Assembly: GCF_004010195.1 (NCBI RefSeq)
Contig: NC_057758.1
Span: forward strand, 1,877,542-1,941,541
Origin: Chiloscyllium plagiosum
Lineage: Eukaryota
DNA: 64,000 nucleotides
Reading direction: 5' to 3'
Every line of letters starts with the position of its first letter. Positions within the stretch are counted from its first letter, which is position 1. Below the pieces are notes generated by a model. The model worked only from the letters and a program-made list of their open reading frames with translations. It did not search any database and had not been told where the DNA came from. Positions 23,555-35,699 of this stretch are shown here, piece by piece. Both the position numbers and the translations under genes were made by a program.

Positions 23555-25601
23555 GAGCAGGAAGATCCTATAAGGAGGCAAGGGTGGCCGTGGCTAACGA
23601 GGGAGGTTAAGAAACATATGAAGTCAAAAGAGAAAAAGTATAACATAGCAAAGATGAGTGGGAAAGCGGAGGACTGGGAAGCTTTTAAAGAACAACAGAG
23701 GATTACTAAGAAGGAAATACCCAGAGAAAAAATGAGGCACGAAGGTAAACTGGCCAAAAATATAAAGGAGGATAGGAACAGCTTTTTTAGATATGTGAAA
23801 GGGAAAACAATGGTTAAGACTAAAATTGAGCCTTGAAGACAGAAACAGGGGAATATATTATGTGGAACAAAGAAATGGCAGAAGAGTTGAATCGGTATTT
23901 CAGATCTGAGTTCACTGGGGGAAGACACAAGCAATGTCCCAGAGGTAATGGTGGCTGAAGGACCTGAAATGAAGGGAATTTATATTTGCCAGGAATTGGT
24001 GTTGGAGAGACTGTGAGGTCTGAAGGCTGATAAGTCCCCGGGGCCTGATGGTCTACGTCCCAGGGTACTGAAGGAGGTCGCTCTAGAAATCGTGGATGCG
24101 TTAGTGATTGTTTTCCAGAGTTCGATAGATTCAGGATCAGTTCCTGCGGATTGAAGGGTGGCTAATGTTGTACCACTTTTTAAGAAAGGAGCGAGAGAGA
24201 AATCAGGAAATTATATACCAGTTAGTCTGACCTCAGTGGTGGGAAAGATGCTGGAGCCAATTATAAAAGATGAAATTACGACACATCTGGATAGCAGTAA
24301 CAGGATAGGTCAGTGTCTGCATGGATTTCTGAAGGGGAAATCATGCATGACTAATCTTCTGGAATCTTTTGAGGATGTAACTCTGAAGATGGACAAAGGA
24401 GATCCAGTGGGTGTAGTGTACCTGGACTTTCAGAAAGCCTTTGATAAAGTCCCACATAGGAGGTTAGTGAGCAGAATTAGGGCGCATGGTATTGGGGGAA
24501 AAGTACTGACTTGGATTGAAAATTGTTTGGCTGACAGGAAACAAAGAGAAGTGATAAATGGCTCCCTTTCGGAATGGCAGGCGGTGACCCCTGGAGTACC
24601 GCAGGGATCAGTGCTGGGACTGCAGCTTTTTGCAACATATATTAATGATATAGAAGATGGTATTAATAGTAACATTAGCAAATTTGCTGATGATACAAAT
24701 CTGGGTGGCAGGGTGAAATGTGAGGAGGACGTTCGGAGATTACAGGGTGACCTGGACAGGTTAGGTGATTGGACAGATGCATGCCAGATGCAGTTTAATG
24801 TGGATAAATATATGGTTATCCACTTTGGTGGCAAGAACAGGAAGGCAGAGTACTACGTAAATGGAGTCAAGTTAGGTAAAGGGGCAGTACAAAGAGATTT
24901 GGGTGTTCTTGTACACCAGTCAATGAAGGCAAGCATGCAGGTACAGCAGGTAGTGAAGAAAGCTGATAGCATGCTGGCCTTCATAACAAGAGGGATTGAA
25001 TATCGAAGCAAAGAGGTTCTTTTGCAGCTGTACAGGGCCCTGGCGAGACCACACCTGGAATATTGTGTGCAGTTCTGGTCTCCAAATTTGAGCAAAGACT
25101 TTCTGGCTATTGAGGGAGTGCAGCGTAGGTTCACGAGTTCAATTCCTGGAATGCGGGATTACCTTACACTGAAAGACTGGAGCGACTAGGCTTGAGTTTA
25201 GAAGACTGAGAGTGGATCTGATTGAGACATATAAGATTATTAAAGGATTGGACACTCTAGAGGCAGGAAACAAGTTTCCGCTGATAGGTGAGTCCTGAAC
25301 CAGAGGACAGCTTAAAAATAAGGGGTAGGTCATTTAGGACAGGGATGAGGAGAAAGTTCTTCATCCAGAGAGTGGTGGGTGTGTGGTTTGCTCTGCCCCA
25401 GAAGGCAGTGGAGGCCCAGTCTCTGGATTCGTTTAAGAAAGCGTTGGATAGAGCTCTCAAGGACAGTGGAATCAAGGGTTATGGAGATAAGGCAGGAACA
25501 GGATTCTGATTGAGGATGATCAACCATGATCATAATGAATGGTGGTGCAGGCTCGAAGGGTAGAATGGCCTACTCCTGCACCTATTGTCTATTGTCTATT
25601 G
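23555..25601 (+). mobile_element. Relatively young 5'-truncated CR1 LINE in the GPCR intron, nested in an older CR1
   Basis: 343-aa RT ORF 24158-25189 (ANVVPLFKKG..YLDFQKAFDKVPH..GVPQGSVLG..YIND..KFADD); few stops; tail (CTATTGT)n at about 25582-25601. Confidence 0.95.
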
Positions 25602-26880
25602 ACATTTTATAAATAGATCTAAGAGAAAAATATTAACCAGTAAAATCGTGGAGTCCATTAGGGAGCAAGGGCGAAATTAAATATGAAACTGCAGGATAGA
25701 GGAAGGGTGTTGAATGATGATTTCTCTTTGATCTTTACTCTAGGAAAGGAGAAGGTTCGTACAGCATTCCGGAAAGGGGGCTATGGGGCATTTTCACCGA
25801 GTCACATAGGAAATGGGGATATATTGGAAACTTCATCGGACTTGAAAACAGAAAGATCACCTGGCTGAGACGAATTGCTGTGGAAGGCGAGGCAAAAAAT
25901 TGCAGGGGTTGTGACATAAATTTTTAAAAATTATCTCTACCCAAAAGGGAATTGCCAGAGATCTGAAAGATGGCTAATGTAGATCCATGTTTTTCTGAGG
26001 TGTGGTAGATGATGGATCAGAAAATTGCAGACCAACGAATCGCACAACATTGTTATGGAAAGGAATGGAGAAACTTATGCAAGTGTGAAATTACATCCAT
26101 TGGAAAGGTATTGATAAGGTAGGGACATTCAGCATAGCTTTGTAAGAGGGAGGTCACGCCTAACAGGTTTTAGCATTTTTGACAACGATCACGTGTGTGG
26201 ATGCAAGATGTTCACGTGATATAGTTTATATGGATTTTAGCCAAGCTTTTCACAAGATCTCGCATAGGAGAATTTTATGAAAGGCAAGTCACTCAGTAGC
26301 TTAGCGGGACAAAATGATCTTGGTGTAATTAATCACAGATTCCTGAAGCCATCAGAGTACATCATTCGTACAGTTAAGAAAGGCATTTCGGACTTTCGTT
26401 CATCAGCCGTTGTGTCGAGTGAAAGAGGAGGAAAATAATGTCTGAGTCGTGCAGAGCGTTGTTCAGACCGTGACTGGAGTACTGTGTGCTGTCTGTTTAT
26501 CTCACTACAGAAAGGATGGGATTGCAGTGGACAGGATGCAGTGGAAGTTCACCAGGATGTTGTCTGGGATGGAGAAACTGAGCTGAAGGCGAGACTAGAT
26601 AGCCTTGGATTTCTTTCTGTAGAACAGAGGAAACTGAAGGGAGAACGTTTTTGAGTTATGTCAGATTATGAGGGGCATGTGTGAACAGAAAGGGGCTGTT
26701 CCTCTTGATTGAGAAGTCAATTACGAAATGGCATACTAATCGGTTAACAGCAGGGAAATCAGAGGTGAGTCGAGAAAAAACTAATCATTTTCTATCAACA
26801 AATAGTGGGATTCTAGAATGCACTGCCTGGTAGGATATTAGAGAATAGAAACCATACAACACTTTCTAAAAAAATGCTAG
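25602..26880 (+). mobile_element. Older degraded CR1 LINE (continuation of the host interrupted at about 23550)
   Basis: atggattttagccaagcttttcacaag; ctggagtactgtgtgc..; gttcaccaggatgttgtctgggatggag. Confidence 0.75.
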
Positions 26881-26899
26881 TTTTGAAAAGATTTGTGGC

Positions 26900-28575
26900 T
26901 CTAGTTGGGGTTCTGAATGTCAGTTTGCTCGCTGAGCTGTAAGGTTTGTTTTCAGACGTTTTGTCACCATACTCAGCAACGTTGTCAATGATTCTTCGGT
27001 GAAGCATCGGCAGTATGACACGCCTTTTATTTCTATGTAAGGTTTCGTTGCATTGGTGACGTTATTTCCTGTGGCGATGTCATTTCCTGTTCTGTTTCTC
27101 GGGGGAGGTAAATGGGATTCAAGTCAATGTTTTTGTTGATAGAGTTCCAGTTGAAACGCCATGCTTCTAGGACTTGTCGTGGGTGTCTCTGTTTGGCTTG
27201 TCCGAGGATGGATGTGTTGCCCCAGTCGAACTGGTGTCCTTCCTCATCTGTATGTAAAGATATTAGTGAGAATTTGTCATGTCTTTTGTAGCTAGTTGAT
27301 GTTCATGTATCCTGGTAGTTAGTTTTCTAACTGTTTGTCCAATGTAGTGTTCGTTACAGTTCTTGAAGGATATTTTGCAAATTACATTATTTTTTACTGT
27401 TGTCTATATAGGGGGTACAAGTTCATTAGCTGCTGTTTTTGTATGTTGATGGGTTGTGGGCTACCATGATTCCAAGAGGTCTGAGTAGGCTGACAGTCAT
27501 TTCTAAACAAACAGCTCTGCCAACCATCCAACACAAACTGTCGGTCCGCTACATGTATGACACTTTTCTCACCACGAAACGAAGCAAATTAGAGGTAACC
27601 TTCAAGACGATCAACAACACCCTGACTGGCATACATTTCACGGAAGTGGATGAAAACAACAACAAACTGCCATTCCTAGATATCACAGAAGAGCGAAGAG
27701 CCAATGGGGAACTTCAAACCAGCGTCTACAGTAAAATAAAACATGCACACCAAATACTAAACAACAGAAGGAATCATCTCAGTATTCACAAAGCTGCATT
27801 AGAATATCATTTCACCATGTCACCACACACTACCGCACAGAGGAACTACAAATTGGAGAGAAAAACCACCTATGCAGGGTATTCAATGAGAACGGATACT
27901 CAATGAACACAGCCCGCAGATTTCTCAGCAACAAACTCAAACAAGCAGACAAAGGCGTCCAAAAGCCCTAGCCACTCTCCCCTTCTCAGACCTCTTAGCA
28001 TAATGGTAGTCCACAGACCCAACGCACTAAAGCAGCAGCTAATGGACTTGAAAGACTCTGTACAGACAACAAACAAAACTAATGTCATTTACAAAACACC
28101 TTGCAAGAACTGTAACAAACATTACATTGGGCAAACAGACAGAAAACGAGCCACCAGGATAGATGAATATCAACTCGCCACAAAAAGACATGACCAACTC
28201 TCACTACTATCTTTACGTACAGCTGATGAAGGACACCACTTCGACTGGGACAACACATCTATCATCAGTCAAGTCAAACGCAGACATGCACGAGAATTCC
28301 TTGGAACCTGGCGCACCAACCAAAACTCAATCAGCAAACACATTGACTTGAATCCCATTTACCACTTCTGAGGAAAAGAATAGGCAATGACAGCACCACA
28401 AGAAATGACGTCACTACCCCAAGGAAACCTAAACACATAAATAAACAGCGGGCCATATACCACCAGTGCTTCACTGGAGGCTGATTGATGATGTTGCCTA
28501 TATGGTGACGAAACATCAGAAAAAATAACCTTCCAACTTGGCAAGTCAACTTACATCCAAAAATTAGGACTTCAA
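26900..28575 (+). mobile_element. PLE (RT C-terminus, GIY-YIG, terminal repeat) preceded by an inverted partial copy
   Basis: RYMYDTF..NNKLPFLDI..TSVY (RT) and NVIYKTPCKNCNKHYIGQT (GIY-YIG); about 26905-27505 is an inverted diverged copy of about 27985-28570; degenerate hammerhead at 28485-28518. Confidence 0.9.
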
Positions 28576-30039
28576 ATATCGCAACGTTCAAGGATTATGG
28601 ACAAGTCCGGGAAGTTATGCTTCGTGCACGTTCAGTGATTATTATGTTAATGCTGACTCGATGGACCAAAGGTTCTTTTCTCCTATGTATCATTCCATGA
28701 ATAGCCCATTCAGCATGTCGAACTTGCTTCGCCATTGAAAATAGTTGTGAATGACCTTCCAACTCTGCGCCCTATTTCAGCTTTCTCCCAATTGCAATTT
28801 TTTCCCCTTGACCCAATGATGTCCTTCTCGAGAACAGCTTTGTGTTGTTGGCATTAAATTTTGATCAGAATCCAGGAGAAATGAGCTGCTAGCTCGAACA
28901 GACCATTTAGTCCCTCAAGATTTCCCGGCCATTTAATATAGATCATGGCAGATTTCATTTCAGCGTCAAATCCACTCTCCTGCCTGCTTTCCATAACTAA
29001 TCAACCCGTTACCAATTTAAAAAAAGTCTGTCCTCTCGTTTCACAGTGTTCCGACATCCACCCCACTTAGGATAGTGAATTCCACTGATTCACAACTGTT
29101 TGAAAGAAGTAATTTCTCATCATTTCTGTTTTAAATCTGCTGTGCCTTACCCTAAAATGGTGGCCTCTCGTTCCTAATTGTCCCACATGAAAACAAAATC
29201 CTCTCTGGCTACTCTCTCAATACTCTTTTCGATCTTATAGAACTTACGTTACCTCCTCTCATTCCTAATTCTCGGTAGAGCAAAGCCTAAACTGTTACTT
29301 TCTTCTCATAAGACAAACCAATCATCTTCGGCATCGCGCAATTGAAAGTTCTTAGAACTGCCTCCAGTAAAACATGTGAAGAAAATGTGATGTGTGGAGA
29401 GACCTTAATGGCTTACTCCAGTTATAATGTCCGATATTCATTTCTCTCAAAACTCCAGATTGTTGGTTCATCCAGGTTCACTGAATCACTGCCAGGACGT
29501 CCCTGAAGACGGAATGTTATGGTAGCATCTTATGTTTAGCTGAACTATCAGTACAACAAAGTAATTTTAGACTGTCTGTGCGCCTGCTAACCCACCAACA
29601 GTCAAGAAGCGCATCCCTGTCCCATGAAATCACAGTTGCGAACATGTCTTCCCCCAGATGACCTTGGTTAACACTCATTTCTACCACTGCTGTGCATTCT
29701 GAACATACAACTTCAAGCACAGAATTGGTTCCTTGAAAATTTAAACAGCTGCAGGTTCTGTGTAAAGGCAGAAAAATAGGAAAAAATACATGAGCTAGTG
29801 TAGACCACCAGTTCCTTCAAACTTGCTCCACTGTTCATTCTGATCATGGCTGATCGTCCACCTCAGTCCCTATTCCTATCTCCCTATACGCTTAGATCTT
29901 TTAGGCTTGTAGAACTATACTTCAATATATTCCACGTTTTACACTCAACTAACTTCTGTAGCAGAGAATTCTACAAATTCTCCATTGGTGAAAAACTTTC
30001 TTCTAAACTCAGACCAACCCGGCATCTTGACTGTTTTGT

Positions 30040-30190
30040 AAAATCACACAATGCCAGATTATACTCAATAGGCTTATTTGCAAGCAGTAGCTTTCGGAGC
30101 GCCCATCTCACCACCTGAAGAAGGACCGGTGCTCTAAAACCTAGTGCTTACAAATAAACCTGTTGACGCTAAACTGGTGTTGTGTGATGT
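30040..30190. repeat. Mini inverted pair of PLE termini
   Basis: aatcacacaa..agctttcggagcg followed by cacctgaagaagg..aataaacctgttg..ttgtgtga; both arms homologous to 2500-2585. Confidence 0.75.
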
Positions 30191-31562
30191 TGTCCAAACA
30201 CAATACAACAACTGCTCCTACACTTCCTCAGATTATGACTGCCTAGTCATCGGAAACATCGCTTCAGCAATTACAGTCGCCAGAGGTTTGGGGGATAAAA
30301 CCAAATCCATTTGGCTTCATAATTAATTTGCTTATTTGCAAGCAGTAATTGTGTATCACGCATAATTGTGTATCATTCCTTCCCGAAGCTGAAATGCTTT
30401 TATAAACAGTATTTACCTTCTGTGAAGCAAGATTCACAGACTTTAAAAAGATCAGCTACACTGTTGAACAGTAAAACAATTTGTGCCGTACATTAATTAT
30501 TTCCTGGAAGTCTCGAATCACACGACACTAAATTGGTGATGCTTTCGCACATTAAATAAAGTCAGTAGAAAAATATAACAACCCATAAAATGGAGAGGTT
30601 TTTAAATAAGTTGCCAGTTTTCTTTCTTTTTGGAGTTGTTCATGCATTGTGTTGTCAGTTGCAACATTTTTATGACAGTTGGTGCAGTAGGCTATTCAGC
30701 CCCTCGACTGATTTGTGAACGAACTCAGTACTCACTTTTTTGTCTATTTCTATTTATGCCTTCATTTTACAAACAATGTCGATCTCACGTTTGGAATTAA
30801 AAACTGATCCACAATTAACTGCCATTTGTGGAAAAGAGTTCGAAATGTCTTCCTAATACCGCTCCTGAATGCTCTAGTCCTAATTCTCAGATTATGTCCG
30901 CTAGTTCTCGATCCACATATCCTGTAAATAATTTACCTTCAAGTACCCTGTCTGGTCGGGTTCATGTCGTGAAGTTTTCAATTAGGTCTCACCTTAAGCT
31001 TCAACATTCTACAGAGAACAACCTTCATTATACAATCTATCCTTATAACTTAAAACCTGAAATCCTCGTACATTTGATATAAACCAAAGTTTTATGCCCT
31101 CCAAGATCAATGTATCCTTTCAAAAATGCGATGCCGTGATCTTTTCACATTCCTTCAAGTGGGTTCTATAAGAGACTTTTCTTACGGCATTGTGACTTCT
31201 GCGTCCCTGTACTCGACTCCTTCATGTATAACACAAGCATTCTATTTGGCTTTTTAGTAATTTTATCCATTCTTTGAGAAAATGTAACTCTGTTGCTCTA
31301 ATCAAGCACAGAGTTCCTACTAGTAAGGCACTGGATAAGATATCCAATGAATAGTTTATTTTCATCTGTGAATGTTTATTACACTAACGGGTTAAATTTC
31401 ATTGATATCGCTGTATGTCCATTCTATCAACACCAGATGAAGATTTTCCGAATTCTCACTAGTTAATTTGATACTTTTGCATTTCTCATTAAGTCGCAAT
31501 AGAAACTATAATTGTTTCACAGACTGGTTTATTAATTCCCTGTCCATTTAACCCCTTTACAG

Positions 31563-32482
31563 TAAACGTTGTGACGATTGCGATCATGTTGCGAGGTAAA
31601 TGTGGTCTCTCGAAATGTATTACCCTGTACCTGGTACTGATGGCGGTGGCTGACCTTCTGGTGATAATCTTTGACCTGGTATTGAGGCACATTCCAATTG
31701 TTTACCGCAAACACTTCCGTTTCCTGAGGAAATCACGGATCTGCAATGTCCATGCGGTCTTCCTTTATGCTGCCACTGACTGTTCAGTTTGGTTCACCGT
31801 CAGTTTTACTTTTGATCGATTCATGGCTATTTGTTGCCGCAGGCTGAAAACACGCTATTGTACTGAGAAAACAGCGGCTTTGATTCTCGGAACTGTAACT
31901 GTCCTCAGTTGCCTAAAGAATACTTTCTGGTATTTTATGTTGACAGATCAATATTTGGTTAAGAATGACCCTTGGCTTTGTGCTATAACAGAGAATGCAT
32001 TATTATCACAAGTCTGGGGTTCCATCGAATTCCTTCATCACATTCTCACGCCTGGTGTTGCCTTTGTTCTTATTCTGCTGCTTAACGTCTTAACAGTCAA
32101 GCATATTTTAGTGGCTATTCAAGTGCGCAAAAGACTCGGCATTCACAACTCTGAGAACAGTCGCAAAGAACCAAAAATGGAGACCCGAAGAAAATCTATA
32201 GTTTTACTCTTTGTAATCTCAGGAAATTTCATCCTACTTTGGTCCACATTAATGATATATTTTATATGGAACCGGATGTTCCGCCTGGGATATAAGTCAA
32301 TGTACCTACATCGTTATGTGCGGGAATTAGGATTCATGCTTCAGCTCCTCAGTTGCTGCACAAACACTGCAATTTATGTTGTGACCCAGTCAAAGTTCAG
32401 AGAACAGCTAAAGATAATGGCTAAGTCTCCATTGACGCTATTGGGAACACTCACAAAATTTATACGCAGTGTGAAAATGTAA
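31563..32482 (+). CDS. GPR139-like class A orphan GPCR, coding exon 2 (TM1-TM7 and C-tail); spliced product 369 aa
   Basis: Acceptor cccctttacag|TA at 31562/31563; uninterrupted ORF VNVVTIAIMLRGKCGLSKC..MAVADLL..C..WFTVSFTFDRFMAIC..PWLC..SCCTNTAIY..SKFREQL; seven hydrophobic segments; 190+920 nt = 370 codons. Confidence 0.93.
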
Positions 32483-33494
32483 TCGCTGAGCATCAAATGT
32501 AGTGATTATGTTCATATCTCCTGTGGGGTCCGAATATATGCATTTTTATTTGCCTGTCTATACTCTCTTGGAGGTTTGGATAAATGTACGATACTGTCAT
32601 TAGTTATTTCTGCCCAGTGTGAACGGTTCTCTATCTCAGAGTTCAGTCAGTTCGTATCACTGGTTTCAGGGATAGTGGCACAGAACGTTTGATTAACTCT
32701 TGTCTGATACCTTAGAAAGGTAAACCATTGTTGAGCTTTGCTTGTCTGCTCCTGGATCGTTGTTAATGGTGAACGTTAGGCTATACGGTTTCCATCTGCC
32801 TCAACAAAGCCGATCTCATGTGCAGACACCGTGGTTTTATGTTCACCAGAAGTATGAGGTAAACCTTCAGACCATCAGGTCCGCTCCACCACTTAATGAG
32901 TTCATGTTGATCTGATCATATGTAAATACGCTTTTCTGCCTTCATTCTGAAATCTGCTGAAGAACAAAGTGATATTAGTTTACAAGATAATGGATTACGG
33001 AATGTGTCGGAACAGTTGGATAGAGTGGCGAAGAAGGCATACGGTTTGCTGACCTTAATTAGATGTGGCGTGGAATGGAGGCGCAAAGCAGTCTTGTCTT
33101 AATAAATATTCGTTAGTGCATTGTGTTCAGGAACGTGGTATGCAGTTCTGGCCGCCACACTATTAGAAAGATATGATTGCACTGGAACAATTTCATTAGG
33201 ATGCTGCATTGGATGAAAGGTCCTGGTTATGGTGGTTAACTGGAGAGGCTGGGTTTGTTTCCATACAGCAGATGAATCTCAGGATAATCTGATTGCTGTT
33301 TATAAAATTAATGGTAGTATGGACCGAGTACATCGTGACAATCTCTTTGACATGACAGACATGTTGAATACGAGAGGGCATTCGTGTTTTAAAAGAGACA
33401 TAAAGTTTTGTTTTTACCCAAAGTGTGGTTGAAATATTGAACTTGTTGCTTACCAGAGTGTTGGAGGCAGATCTTAGTAAATATACGTGACGTG

Positions 33495-33685
33495 GCAGTG
33501 CTGGTGTTGGACTGGGGGGGGGGGGGTGGACAAATTTAAAAATCACACAAAACCAAAATACAATTCAATAGGATTGTTTGCAAGTACAAGCTTTCTGAGC
33601 ACTGCAGCTTCATAAGGCAACTAGCTCCGAACGGTGGTACTTCCAAATAAATCTGTTGAAACCAACCTTGGTGTCGTGTGAAATT
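33495..33685. repeat. Mini inverted pair of PLE termini
   Basis: ggtgttggactgggg..aatcacacaa..agctttctgagc..ttcat then gctccgaa..cttccaaataaatctgttg..gtgtga. Confidence 0.7.
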
Positions 33686-35699
33686 TCAAAGAAATATCTG
33701 GACAAGGCCTTCAAATGCTGGGTCAAAGTCATAATGGACGGAGTGAAGGGAAATGGGTGTTTTTATTGTTGTTGTTTGTTGCATGGTAACGACATGGTGA
33801 GCCAAACGGCCTGTTCTTTTGCTGTATGACTCCATATTCTACACTCTCACAAAATAAAGTATCGTTTACACATCCATCTATTACAGTGCCCTCAGTACCT
33901 TATATGTTTCAATTGAGTCATCGCTAGCTCTTCGAAACTCCAGAGAATAATGCACTAGCCATATCAATCTTTCCTCATAATGTGATCCTCTCATTCGAGG
34001 TATTAGTCTTGTAAATATTTTCTGAACTGTTTCCAACATCTTTCTGTAATTACAGTGCCATATTTCACCAAAGAAAATCAATTCCCTGTATAACTGATTC
34101 ATATCCTCGCTGCTCTTACACAACAGCGTTTAAGCACTAACGTTATAAGACAATAAATCTTTGGAATATAAAGACTGTATTCAGCCCATTCAAGAATTTT
34201 GTGGCTGATGTGATCATTCTGAAATCAAATTTCTCGCCAATTTCCCAACATGACCATACCCTTCCTGATGAAAAATCCCTCTCTTTCATCATTAAATATA
34301 CTTAATGTTCAAACATCGACAGCCCTCAGTGAGAGAGAATGCACCAGAGTCACTCGCCTCTGAGAGAATAAATGTCTTCTTTACTCTGTCTTAATTATAC
34401 GACCGTAATTTTGAAATGGTGAGTCTATGAATCGGTAACTCTACTTTCTGCATGTCATTGTGAGTGCGTCACTGCTTGTGTAATTTTGTATGTGTATTCT
34501 CATGTGCAACATTTTGTATCTGAATGTCTCATTCTGAATTTGCTAAGTAAGGAATACGTTGATGTCTGCATGTCTGAACTTGTGTGTCTATGAATCATTG
34601 TGAGTATTTAACTGTATCCGTCATTGTGCGTGTTAATGTTTGTGTTTGTGTATATGTTTTATTGTGAGAGCGTCAAAGAACAAAGGATAAATCGGGCAGT
34701 ACAGCACAGCAGAGGAACAGATTCTTTGTCCCTTCAAAAATGTGGCCATCAGATGATGCCTTTCTAAACTGAAGCTGTTTTGCCTCGACGTGATCCATGA
34801 CCTTCTACTCCATTATCCATTCGTAGATTTATCAGAGTACATTTCAATGTCTGCTATTGATTACGCCTCAATCACGTCCTCTGGCAGAACATTCCAGGCA
34901 CTTAACTACCTCTATGAAATGTCTACTTCTCACTTTAAACCATGCCCCTTTTATATTAAATCGACAACCTCTAATAATTAAGAATGCTGGGAAAATATTA
35001 TGACGGTCCATTTTATCCACACCTGCCATCTGTTTTTGATGTTCTATTATGTCGCCCCTTCATCCTTCGAAGTTCAATTGTCCAATCCCTGTTCACACTG
35101 AATAACCTCCAAATATATACCTTCCTGCTAAGGCATTTCTTTTATCTCTCCAAATCCTCCACATCCTTCTGGAAATGGGGCGATTAGAACTTTGCACAAT
35201 CTTTCCAATGTGGCCAAACTAAAGGTTTATACAGCTGCCACATGACTTGCCATTGCTTTACTATATGTCCCGATCAATGAAGACCAGCAGGTCAATTGCA
35301 TTCTTGAACATTTCGTCCAATTGTGTAGCTATGTTCAGGGAAATATGCACCCACATGACTCGATCCCTCTGTGTGTTGACACAATTAATGATTCTGTGAT
35401 CTTATGTCTACATTTGCCAGGATTAAACATCCATCTGACATTTGTCAACTTCAGTCTCCAAGGAACGGGGAGTCGACATCTTAAGTGCAAGTTCTTCATC
35501 AGGAACAATGAGTTGGTGGCCCCAAATTAACGAGGCTGACTGCCCAGTTGACTCATTGTCTCAGCCTGTTATGCCTCACCGTAGTTATCTCCGAATATCT
35601 TGACACTACACTGTGTCCCTTGTTCCAGGGTCTCCCTATATACATTTGATAAACCAAACACGTTGTCTCCCTCCTCCATGACCTTTGGTTTCCTGACGA

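Noticed and set aside
24158..25189. 343-aa RT ORF as a functional gene
   Set aside because: Part of a 5'-truncated CR1 with upstream stops, no endonuclease and a 3' frameshift
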